Shown here in pieces: positions 37,749 through 48,578 of a stretch of DNA of 64,000 nt. The DNA lies in the NCBI GenBank assembly GCA_030390025.1, contig CM059432.1, forward strand, positions 103,914,001 through 103,978,000, in the 5' to 3' direction. The stretch comes from Squalus acanthias. Taxonomy: Eukaryota. The notes beneath the pieces are model-generated. The model had not been told where the DNA came from. It saw only the letters and a list, made by a program, of their open reading frames with translations, and did not search any database. A program made the position numbers and the translations under genes. Position 1 is the stretch's first letter, and each line of letters opens with the position of its first letter.

Positions 37749-39362
37749 AAAAAAAATAGTGCTGGAGAAATTAATGGGACTGAAAGCCAATAAATCCCCA
37801 GGGCCTGATAATCTGCATCCCAGAGTACTAAAAGAGGTAGCCATGGAAATAGTGGATGCATTGGTTGTCATCTTCCAAAATTCTATAGATTATGGAACAG
37901 TTCCTGCAGATTGGAGGGTGGCAAATATAACCCCACTATTTAAAAAAGTAGGGATGGAGAAAACAGGGAACTACAGACCGGTTAGTAGTAGGGGAAATGC
38001 AAGAGTCTATTATAAAGGATGTGATAACAGGACACTTAGAAAATAGCAACAGGATTAGACAAAGTCAACATGGATTTATGAAAGGGAAATCGTGTTTGAC
38101 AAACCTACTGGAGTTTTTTGAGGATGTAACTGGTAGAATAGATAAGGGAGAACCAGTGGATGTGGTGTATTTGGATTTTCAGAAGGCCTTTGATAAAGTC
38201 CCACATAAGAGGTTAATGTGCAAAATTAAAGCACATGGGATTGGGGGTAATATACTGGCATGGATTGAAAATTGGTTAACAGACAGGAAACAGAGAGTAG
38301 GAATAAATGGGTCTTTTTAGGGGTGGCAGGCGGTGACTAGTGGGGTACCGCAGGGATCAGTGCTTGGGCCCCAGCTATTCACAATATATATTAATGATTT
38401 GGATGAGGGAATCAAATATAATATTTCCAAGTTTGCTGATGACATCCAACTAGGTGGCATTGTGAGTTGTGAGGAGGATGCAAAGAGGCTTCAAGGTGAT
38501 TTAGATAAGTTGAGTGAGTGGGCAAATACATGGCAGATGCAGTATAACGTGGATAAATGTGAAGTTATCCACTTCAGCAGGAAAAACAGAAAGGCAGAGT
38601 ATTATTTAAATAGTGATTGATTGGGAAATGTTGACGTACAAAGGGACCTGGGTGTCCTTGTACACCAGTCACTGAAAGCAAACATGCAGGTGCAGCAAGC
38701 AGTTAGGAAGGCAAATGGTATGTTGGCCTTCATTGCAAGAGGACTTGAGTACAGGAGCAAGGATGTCTTACCACAGTTATATAGAGCCTTGGTGAGACCA
38801 CACCTGGAGTACTGTGTGCAGTTTTGGTCTCTTTATCTAAGAAAAGATATACTTGCCATAGAGGGAGTGCAGCGAAGGTTCACCAGACTAGTTCCTGGGA
38901 TGTCAGGACTGTCGTATGAGGAGAGATTGGGTCGACTCGGCCTGTATTCACTAGAGTTTAGAAGAATGAGAGGGGATCTCATTGAAACATATAAAATTCT
39001 GACAGGGCTAGACAGACTGGATGCAGGGAGGATGTTTCCCCTGGCTGGGGGGTCTAGAACAAGGCGTCACAGTCTCAGGATACGGGGTAGGACATTTAGG
39101 ACTGAGATGAGGAGAAATTTATTCACTCAGAGGATGGTGAACCTGTGGAATTCTCTACCACAGAAGGCTGTGGAGGCCAAGTCACTGAATATATTTAAGA
39201 AGGAGATAGATAGATTTCTAGACACAAAAGGCATCAAGGGGTATGGGGAGAGCGGGAATATGGTATTGAGATAGAGGATCAGCCATGATCATATTGAATG
39301 GCGGAGCAGGCTCGAAGGGCCGAATGGCCTACTCCTGCTCCTATTTTTCTATGTTTCTATGT
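37749..39362 (+). mobile_element. 5'-truncated CR1 LINE
   Basis: RT ORF pieces at 37997-39274 separated by stops; (TTTCTATG) tail. Confidence 0.95.
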
Positions 39363-39962
39363 GCCGAGCTCGCTGATCCCAGCTGGGTGATAGTAGGAAC
39401 TGTATGACTGGTTCCTGTTGGATAATACATGTGTGCATGAAGGACTGGGTCAGTTCAATTGTTTACCAAGGTTCACGGTTTAGGCTTCCATTTGAGGAAT
39501 AGCCAGTTTGATGAGGTAGCGACAGATGGCTGTGAAGATAAAGGGAGAAAATGTGGGGGCACAAATGTGGTGAGAAAGGTTAATACTTTGATAGTGTTTC
39601 TCAAGCTTTGTTTTAAAGTTCATTTTAAAGTTAATCAAGTAAGCACAGTCCCATCAGATGGTTCAAAGGTCTAAGTATCACCGTGAGACACATTCTACCA
39701 GTCATGTGAAGAGACTCCAGGAAGATCATCACCATGCCATCTTCCCCTGAACTCATCAAAACAACTTCAGTTGAGACACAACCAGAAATGCGTTTGTGTT
39801 GGTAAATGCGTATAATATGTCATTTTAGTTTTGAATATAATTTATTACAATTGTTGTACACTAATCCCTTCAGGTACACAAATTGCAGGATTATAATAAA
39901 TGATGCCAGAGCAGTGTAACTCACAAAATACACCCTTTGCCATATAGCCTTTAGGGCTCTGG

Positions 39963-40582
39963 TATAGAAGTCTGATATCAAATTGAGTGAATTTTTGCAT
40001 ATCTACTATTTCAATAAACAACTAAAATGTATTTAATCAGATGGCACCACATCAATCACAAGGCCACTTTTCTGGCACAGAATAGTAATTAAAAAAAACT
40101 AGGCCTTGAATTTCCTTGATGTCCATTACACTATTGTTGTGCCAGACAGCTACGCCATTCAACAGTAGGAATTGCACGCAAGTTTCCTGGGTAAGTTAAT
40201 TTGTATGTGAAGTGGTGTACGTTGTGGTATAATTGCATTCTAAAAGCGCAGTGAACAGCTTAGGCCCCAGGAAACCTAAATGCAGAAGTGCTACAACTTC
40301 TGTAAAAACTTCAATCTTCATTAGAGCACTTAGGGCCATTCAGCCCCTCGCGCCTGTTCTGCCATTCAATGAGACCATGGCGAATCTGTATCTTAACTCC
40401 CATCTACCTGCCTTGGCTCTATAAAGCTGTGTTATAGAAATTTGATATCAAATTGAGTAAATTTTTGCAAATCTACTATTTCAATAAACAACTAAAATTT
40501 ATTTAATCAGATGGTACTACATCAATCACAAGGCTAATTTTCTGACACAGACTAGCAATATAAAACTAGGCCCTGAATTTGC
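39963..40582. repeat. Diverged direct duplication of about 150 bp (39963-40112 and 40434-40582)
   Basis: tgatatcaaattgagt...tctactatttcaataaacaactaaa...aaactaggcc occurs twice. Confidence 0.9.
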
Positions 40583-40654
40583 AGGTGAAGTGGGTAAAGC
40601 AAGGGCAGGTTGCAGAGTATCTTTCCTCAAGCCCTTTAATCAATTTTTATTTCA

Positions 40655-40900
40655 AAGAAGAGCAGGGGAATTCTCCCCGATGTCCTGGCCAATATTTATC
40701 CCTCAATCAACATCACTAAAAGCAGATTATCTGGTCATTATCACATTGCTGTTTGTGGGAGCTTGCTGTGCGTATATTGGCTGCTGCATTTCCTACATTA
40801 CAACAGTGACTACACTTCAAAAAAAGTACTTCATTGCCTGTAAAGTGCTTTCGGATGTCCTGAGGTAGTGAAAGGTGCTATATAAAGTCTTTCATTCTTT
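40655..40900 (+). mobile_element. DeuSINE 3' half
   Basis: gaagagcagggga...tgtcctggccaatatttatccctcaa...aaaggtgctatataaa. Confidence 0.85.
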
Positions 40901-40904
40901 TAAC

Positions 40905-41700
40905 TCAGGGCATTTCCCACCCTCATCTAAAGTGCCTCATCAGAACTATGAGCAGTCACAGGCCCGTGGCAAAGGGCTGTAAGCTTTTCACAGGAAGACC
41001 TGGTGAAAGAGGGGCAAGACAGGAGGGACATACTCCTGGGTGTGCCAGGCAGCAGACCATCCAGAAGTGTCAGCCTTGCTGCCTGGAGGGAGGTGGCCCA
41101 GCACCTCACTGTCAATGTCTTCTGCCCTGCTGCCTTATTCTTCTCACCTCCACGTGCTGCTGTTCCTCCTCCTCCTCCTCAACAAGGATGGTATAGAGAG
41201 GTACGCCCATGGGCAATGCCAATACTTCTCCAGAGTCGTTCTGAGTATTTGGGGGGTGGGGGGGGAGGATGATAGAATGTAGGGATGGGGTGAGACTGTA
41301 ACACTGTGAGGAGAGTGAGTCAGATGCTCGTCTCAGTGAGCAAAATGGAGGGGGGCGGAAATAGGTTGATAAAACATTTGTAAAGGCAGGAATCAGCAAG
41401 CAAAGGTTGTGGACATTTCCACGCTCTCAAACTCCCCACATACACCTGAATCAGGTGACTGGGGCAGCAGCTGCTCCTGTTTCCTATGGGTGTAACTTTC
41501 CCAGAGTGCAGTAGTGGTGTAAAGGCAGGAGATTCCTGGGCACAGCACCACCAGGTCAGTGGTGCTCTTATGCAAATGAGCCCAGCGGGGCTTGGCAGGC
41601 AAATCATCAAAGCTGCCGAAATGGTGGAAGAAATTAGTAATCAGCAGGAACTTCGAATCACCCAAAGTTGGGTTGCACTGCAGGTTAGGCTAGATAGCTC
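40905..41700. mobile_element. Old, internally deleted Harbinger remnant
   Basis: Plus strand DRRDILLG...WREVAQHL (Myb-like exon 1) abuts minus strand MGVPLYTILVEEEEEEQQH (transposase-like N-terminus). Confidence 0.55.
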
Positions 41701-41840
41701 TTACCTTTTGCATTCTGCTCTATGTTCAATTCTTCCCTCATAACGGTCATAACCACAGAGCAAACACACTATGCACGCAGTCAGATCATTTATCATTCAT
41801 ATTTTGCTGGCTGGTACTTGAGTAAATACTGTGTTGTATA

Positions 41841-42437
41841 ATTACAAACATATGAAATTGACGGGCAGGAGAAGACCAGCTGGTCCATCAAAACTGACGC
41901 ACATCTTGATGGCTGGGCCATCATGGCTAAACACTTCTTCCCACCCCTCCCCCGACCTCCGCTCCCCCCAACCCCCTCCCCAGCCATGTAATCTCCTGGG
42001 AAAGGCAAAAAAACAGAATAACCCAGGGCCAATAAGGGAGAGAATACTTTGGAAAATTTCTGCCCGACCCCCTCAGGCCCAGTCCAGGAGATCACATGGT
42101 CCAAGTGTGATCTATAAAGACACTTACCTTCTCCATGATGCGATCTCTGCCCCAGTCAGGAACCGGCCCAGCTCCCTCTTGAAGGCAGAGAGTCAGAACC
42201 CACCACACCAGCTGGCAACGTATTCCAGAGGCTCACTGCTCTCTGGGAAAAGAAGAACCGCCTAACATCCAGTCTATTCCTACTCTTACATAGGTTAAAC
42301 TCGTGTCCCCTGGTCCTCCCCAATCTGTTAAACTGGAATAATCTATCAATCGGGACACTATCCAGCCTTTTAATTATTTTATAGACAACTAAGTCTACGC
42401 TGCTCTAAAGTAAATAGACCAAGGTCCATGAGCCTAT
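41841..42437 (-). mobile_element. CR1-type LINE 3' fragment from a different subfamily, with a long 3'UTR
   Basis: Minus-strand VYKIIKRLD...RTRGH...RRFFFSQRAVSLWNTLP. Confidence 0.8.
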
Positions 42438-43214
42438 CTGAGTTGCTTTTGTTCTGGCAATAGTGCTAGCAGAGCATTTTGCTGGTGGTCTTTGCTGTTT
42501 TAAACAAAGTCATTGTTGCTACTGAAGAATGAATTCAAAGACAAAAATAATGAGATATGCCTTTCATCAACTTGATTGGCAATAAACATTAGTTACATGC
42601 CCATTGCCGATTTGGGTTGAGGAACTGCAGTAAATTTTTAACTCAAAGACAGTGGCAACTGAGGATTAGCATGTCTGTATTTAATATTAAAAGCTTAAAT
42701 AGCAGTGCTTTGAGTTTTAAAGCATGAGAAGATGTTGGTTTCTTAATCCCTTTCCCTGGGGAAGGAGAGAAAATTCCTATGCTCGCTATTTGGAGTGAAA
42801 TCGTTAACATATTCTTTATACTCATGTTTAAAATTGTGCTACTATAGTGAACACAGAAAATCTCCTCTCCACACATTAATTTTCATAGTCTGCATCATCT
42901 GCCATGTCATAGAAGTTGTGGAAATCAAGTCTTGTAGTTGAAGTAGTAGCATCACACTGTTCAAACCAGCATAGCTCTCAGCTTCGCAGTGTAAAGTAAC
43001 TCACAAATATCTGGTGATGGGCTGATTCTATTTCTTTTTCAGCTCATGTTATGCATATTTCCTAACAGTTCTTCTCCCAACTTTCTGCTTATTTAATTTT
43101 TTGTGCCAGTCACTAGGAGGCGCACAAGAGCAGCTCGGAAAGATGTGCCTTCTTTACTCCCTTCATTCCCCCTTTTCTCTCTGGGAGTAATGGTTAAGCT
43201 CTGTTCTGCACCTC

Positions 43215-44673
43215 TGTAAGGTTTCCAAAATTTGCAGATCCCCAAAACCTAAGGAAAAAGGACTTTGGAACTACCTCAGAGTGATAATATTGTATTTGAG
43301 CCTAACCTAAGAGACTGTAAGACCAAAAAACAAGTTTTGGCATTTTAAAACTATGTCTGGGCCTGTAAAGGAACAAAAGGTGGGCTCAACCTCTGTAAAA
43401 GTAGTTTTGGGTATTGCGGTTAATTGCAATGTCTGGGGAACCGGGATGACCTCACTCAAAGCCCCAGCAAGCATTAACATTTTTAAAATAGACCCTAGGA
43501 GAAGACAGTCCCACACAAAACAACAGGCCCCATCAAACCGATTACAGGGCCCATCAGGAAACATGCATAATACAAATCACCCAGGACTAGGCTATAGAAA
43601 AGGCCGAGTCCAGCCTCGAAACACAAAACACAAAACCAATCACCAGTAATCAGCCAAGGAGATCGACAGGATGCAAACCATCCCAAAACCCATTTGACAC
43701 TCACAGAGCAGTTACTGGTAACAGGCCCGCCAAATTCAGACAATGAACTGAGCAGATTTGGCGGGTAGATAAGGCCATGTTCAATGGGTGAGATTGAAGG
43801 CCTGTTAAAAAAACAGTTAACACGCTAGTAAAGTCGTTACTGTTAACGAGGTCTTACAATGACCGGGATTTGATTTGGGGTAGATAAGGCCACTTCAATT
43901 TAGTATAATTGAAGGCCCATCAAGCAGTTACAACAGTTACAAGTTCGAGTTCTCCAGTAACAACAGTTCAAGTTCAACAGAAGGCAGTTCTGCAGTTGGG
44001 AGTTCAATTGAAAGCCTGTTTTCAGCAGAAGTCAGTGCTGGAGTTACAGAGTTCAGGAGAAGCAAGTTGGGCAGTTAAAGAAGACAGTTCAGTAAGAAGG
44101 GAGTTCTCCAGTTCTCCAGAACAACAGTTACAGTTCTGCAAGAAGGCAGTTCCACAGCTCGGAAGAAGACAGTTTAAAGAGAGGCAGAGTTCAACAGAAA
44201 GAAGTTCAACAAAGAAGGCCAACAGCTCCAGAAACAGGCAAGAAGAAACCAGAGCGACCGCCTCAGTGACCATCGGACACCTCGTGGCAACAAGGGCCTT
44301 ACGAAACCTTTTACTCAAAAGACTCTAAACCCTAACTCTCAACTGTCAAGGATTCGTTTGGTGAGCATTATCCCTGGTTCTCCAGAGTCCAACCTAGCTA
44401 GTGAAGTGGGATTGGGAGGGGTGAAGTATTCTCCTAATGTTATTTCCCTCGCTTGTACCGAAGTGTTCCCCACTTTTAGAGTGTTAAGAGTGTTGTCATT
44501 TGTGTTTTACCTTTTAATAAAGATTGAAGTTCTTTCATCAAACTTAGTTGTCTGCTGCACCTTTGTATCACAACCCCCAAATAAGTCTAGGGTCCAGAAC
44601 CAAGGGAGTGGGAGCGATTCGAACCGCTCAGAAGTCAGAGGTGAAACTGACACAAAACCACCACCCCCCTACA
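43215..44673 (+). mobile_element. Solo LTR, 1459 bp (Gypsy or ERV)
   Basis: TGTA...TACA termini; 4-bp TSD CCTC (43211-43214 and 44674-44677); AATAAA near 44516. Confidence 0.85.
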
Positions 44674-45464
44674 CCTCTCTCAATGGCATTGGTGAGATCT
44701 AAAGCTTGGTATGTTGATACTTTAAGGTAGAAATCTACGTTTGCTCATTTGGTTCACACACATCATTGAAGCGCCATGGTTTTTTTAAATTCATTTTTAT
44801 GGGATGTGGGCATCGCTGGCAAGACCAGCATTTATTGGCCATCCCTAATTTCCCTTGAGAAGGTGGTGGTGAGCCGCCTTCTTGAACCTCTGCAGTCCGT
44901 GTGGTGATGGTACTCACACAGTGCTGTTAAGTAGGGAGTTCCAGGATTTTGACCCAGTGACGATGAAGGAACGGCGATATACTTCTAAGTCAGGATGGGG
45001 TGTGACTTGGAGGGGAACTTGGAGGTAAACTTGGAGGTGGTGGTGTTCCCATGCGGCTGCTGTCCTTGTCCTTCTAGGTGGAAGAGGCCGCGGGTTTGGG
45101 AGGTGCTGCCGAAGAAGCCTTGGCGAGTTGCTGCAATGCATCTTGTAGATGGTAGACACTGCAGCCACGGTACGCCGGTGGTGGAGGGAGTGAATGTTTA
45201 AAGTGGTGGATGGGGTGCCAATCAAGCGGGCTGCTTTGTCCTGGATGGTGTCGAGCTTCTTGAGTGTTGTTGGAGCTGCACTCATCCAGGCACGTGGAGA
45301 GTATTCCATCACACTCATCACTTGTGCCTTGTAGATGGTGGAAAGGCTTTGGGGAGTCAGGAGGTGAGACACTCGCCGCAGAATACCTAGCCTCTGACCT
45401 GCTCTTGTTGCCACAGTATTTATGTGGCTGGTCCAGTTAAGTTTCTGGTCAATGGTGACCCCCC

Positions 45465-48400
45465 CCATCAGTGCAAAGATGGAACTGATGTTCTCGGGGT
45501 AAATTTTGATAAAGCAGTTCGGGAGCATTTAAACTAGTATGGCAGGGGGCTAGAAACCCATGTAGTGAAATAGAGGAAAGTGAAAGGCAGACAGAAATAA
45601 ATGGTAAAAAGGAGAGGAACAAAAAACAAAGGGCCAAACTAATTCATAAAAAATGTGAGCATAAAAAAAGCCTGAGGGTTTTATACCTTAATGCGAGAAG
45701 CATCAGGAACAAGGTAGATGAATTAGCTGTGGAAATAGAGGTTAATAATTATGATCTAATTGGGATTACGGAAACATGGTTGCAGGGTGAGCAGGGCTGG
45801 GAGCTTAACATACAGGGGTATTCAGTATTTAGGAAGGATCGACAAAAAAGAAAGGGAGGAGGGGTAGCATTGCTGGTAAAAGAGGGGATAAATGCAATTG
45901 AAAGGAAGGATATTAACTCAGTTAATACAGAATCTATATGGGTGGAGCTAAGAAATAGCGAGGGGCGAAAAACATTAATAGGAGTGGTATATAGGCCTCC
46001 AAATAGTAAAATAGAGGTTGGGGAGGGCATCACGAGGGAAATTAGAGAAGCGTGCAATAAGAGCACAGCTGTCATCATAGGTGACTTTAACTTACATATA
46101 GATTGGACTAGCCTAATCAGTAAAAATAATGAGGAGGAGGAATTCCTTGAGTGTTTAAGGGATGGTTATCTGGATCAATATGTCGAGGAACCAACTCGGG
46201 AACAGGCTATATTGGACTGGGTACTGTGCAATGAGAAGGGACTAATTAGTAATCTTGTTGTACGGGGACCCTTGGGTCAGAGCGATCATAACATGATCGA
46301 TTTCTCACTCGAAATGGAGAGCGAAGAAATTGACTCAGAGACTCAGGTCCTGAATTTAAACAAGGGGAATTATGATGCCATTAGACGGGAACTGAGTAGG
46401 TCTGATTGGACAACGTTCCTGGGAGGACTGGAGGTAGATAAACAATGGCAAGCATTTAAAGATAGAATGACAAAATTGCAAAAATTGTTTATACCAATCT
46501 GGCATAAAAGGAAATCTAAAAAGGTGACTCAACCGTGGATAACAGGGGAAATTAGAGACAGCATAAAATCCAAAGATAGGGCGTATAAAATAGCCAAAAA
46601 ACGCGCCAGAGCGGAAGATTGGGAACAGTTTAAGATAGAGCAAAGGAGGGCAAAGGGCTTAATCAAGAAGGGCAAAATAGCTTACGAAAGCAAGCTGGCG
46701 GAAAATATAAAAACTAACTCCAAAAGCTTTTATAAGTATATCAAGAGGAAAAGACTGGTGAAAACCAAAGTTGGTCCATTGCAGTCAGATACGGGGGAAT
46801 ATATAATGGGAAATAAGGAAATGGCAGACCAACTAAATGCATACTTTGGGTCAGTCTTTACGAAGGAAGACACAAAAAACCTCCCTGGGATATCGGGAAA
46901 AATAGGGACATTGGCAAAGGAGGAACTGACGCAAATCAATATCTCTAAGGATATGGTGTTAAGGAAGCTAAAGGGATTGAAGGCGGACAAATCCCCAGGG
47001 CCTGATAACATGCATCCTAGGGTACTGAAGGAGGTGGCCCTAGAGATAGCGGATGCACTAAGCATGATTTTTCAGAATTCATTAGACTCGGGAACAGTGC
47101 CCATGGATTGGAGGGTAGCTAACGTTACCCCACTATTCAAAAAGGGGGGTAGGGAAAAAGCAGGTAATTACAGACCTGTAAGCCTTACATCAGTTGTGGG
47201 CAAAATGCTGGAGTCCATCATTAAGGATGAAATAGCCGAGCACTTAGCAAATGGGGACAGGATAGGACAGAGTCAACATGGATTTACAAAGGGTAAATCG
47301 TGCTTGACTAATCTATTGGAATTTTTTGAGGGAGTAACTGGTAAAATAGATGGGGGAGAGCCAGTAGATGTGGTGTACCTGGACTTCCAAAAGGCCTTCG
47401 ATAAGGTCCCACATAAAAGATTAGCATGGAAAATTGAAGCTCATGGGATAAAGGGGAAAGTATTGACGTGGATAGAGAACTGGCTGTCAGATAGAAAACA
47501 GAGAGTTGGAATAAACGGCTCATTTTCTGAATGGCAGGCAGTAACAAGTGGGGTACCACAGGGATCTGTCCTGGGTCCCCAGCTGTTCACAATTTATATT
47601 AATGACCTGGATCAGGGAGTCGAATGCAGCATTTCCAAATTTGCAGACGACACTAAACTAGGAGGGGGGGTGGGCTCAGAGGAGGAGACCAGGAAGCTCC
47701 AGAGCGATTTGGACAGACTGGGTGATTGGGCGGATAAATGGCAGATGCACTATAATGTGGACAAGTGCGAAGTTATCCACCTTGGGTGCAGGAACGGGAG
47801 GGCAAATTATTATTTAAATGGCAATAAATTGGGAGAGGGGGAAGTACAGAGAGACCTGGGTGTTCTTGTACACCAGTCACTGAAGGCGAGCATGCAGGTG
47901 CAACAGGCGGTCAAGAAGGCAAACGGTATGCTGGCCTTCATAGCAAAAGGGTTGGAATACAGGAACAGGGATACCTTGCTGCAGCTGTACAGGGCACTGG
48001 TGAGACCACACCTCGAGTACTGTGTACAGTTTTGGTCGCCTCATCTGAGGAAAGATGTTCTTGCCATGGAGGGGGTGCAGCGGCGATTCACCAGGCTGAT
48101 ACCAGGAATGGCGGGATTGACCTATGAGGAGAGACTATGTAGTTTAGGGATGTACACACTGGAGTTTAGAAGATTGAGAGGGGACCTCATAGAAGTGTAT
48201 AAAATTCTGACAGGTCTAGACAGATTAGATGCAGAAGGAATGTTTCCCTTGGCGGGTGAGAACAGAACTAGAGGACATAATTTAAGGATAAGGGCTAAAC
48301 CATTTAGGACAGAAATGAGGGGGAATTTCTTCACTCAGAGAGTGGTGAACCTGTGGAACTCATTGCCACAGAGGGCAGTGTACGCCAGCTCATTAAATAT

Positions 48401-48578
48401 ATTTAAGAGGGAATTAGATATATTTCTACAGGCAAAAGGGGTTAAGGGTTACGGAGAGAAGGCGGGGACGGGATACTGAATTGAAGGATCAGCCATGATC
48501 TCATTAAATGGCGGAGCAGGCTCGAAGGGCCGGATGGCCTACTCCTGCTCCTATCTTCTATGTATCTATGTATCTATG
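45465..48578 (+). mobile_element. Young CR1 LINE, 5'-truncated within the end of ORF1
   Basis: ORF1 end GTDVLGVNFDKAVREHLN* (stop at 45535-45537), intact ORF2, and a (TATCTATG)n tail. Confidence 0.97.
45528..48479 (+). CDS. CR1 ORF2: APE endonuclease plus reverse transcriptase, uninterrupted
   Basis: The 916-aa track ORF stays open upstream to 45528, through LRVLYLNARSIRNK. Motifs [27 protein letters not shown] and FADD are present. Confidence 0.96.
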   Translation, partial: FKLVWQGARNPCSEIEESERQTEINGKKERNKKQRAKLIHKKCEHKKSLRVLYLNARSIRNKVDELAVEIEVNNYDLIGITETWLQGEQGWELNIQGYSVFRKDRQKRKGGGVALLVKEGINAIERKDINSVNTESIWVELRNSEGRKTLIGVVYRPPNSKIEVGEGITREIREACNKSTAVIIGDFNLHIDWTSLISKNNEEEEFLECLRDGYLDQYVEEPTREQAILDWVLCNEKGLISNLVVRGPLGQSDHNMIDFSLEMESEEIDSETQVLNLNKGNYDAIRRELSRSDWTTFLGGLEVDKQWQAFKDRMTKLQKLFIPIWHKRKSKKVTQPWITGEIRDSIKSKDRAYKIAKKRARAEDWEQFKIEQRRAKGLIKKGKIAYESKLAENIKTNSKSFYKYIKRKRLVKTKVGPLQSDTGEYIMGNKEMADQLNAYFGSVFTKEDTKNLPGISGKIGTLAKEELTQINISKDMVLRKLKGLKADKSPGPDNMHPRVLKEVALEIADALSMIFQNSLDSGTVPMDWRVANVTPLFKKGGREKAGNYRPVSLTSVVGKMLESIIKDEIAEHLANGDRIGQSQHGFTKGKSCLTNLLEFFEGVTGKIDGGEPVDVVYLDFQKAFDKVPHKRLAWKIEAHGIKGKVLTWIENWLSDRKQRVGINGSFSEWQAVTSGVPQGSVLGPQLFTIYINDLDQGVECSISKFADDTKLGGGVGSEEETRKLQSDLDRLGDWADKWQMHYNVDKCEVIHLGCRNGRANYYLNGNKLGEGEVQRDLGVLVHQSLKASMQVQQAVKKANGMLAFIAKGLEYRNRDTLLQLYRALVRPHLEYCVQFWSPHLRKDVLAMEGVQRRFTRLIPGMAGLTYEERLCSLGMYTLEFRRLRGDLIEVYKILTGLDRLDAEGMFPLAGENRTRGHNLRIRAKPFRTEMRGNFFTQRVVNLWNSLPQRAVYASSLNIFKRELDIFLQAKGVKGYGEKAGTGY

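Noticed and set aside
29399..39362. A single CR1 with a 5' inversion (twin priming)
   Set aside because: Each copy has its own 3' tail, they overlap in ORF2 content, and unrelated sequence separates them. They are two independent insertions.
43909..44328. 139-aa ORF in the LTR
   Set aside because: Low-complexity translation of the CAGTT repeats, with a non-ATG start.
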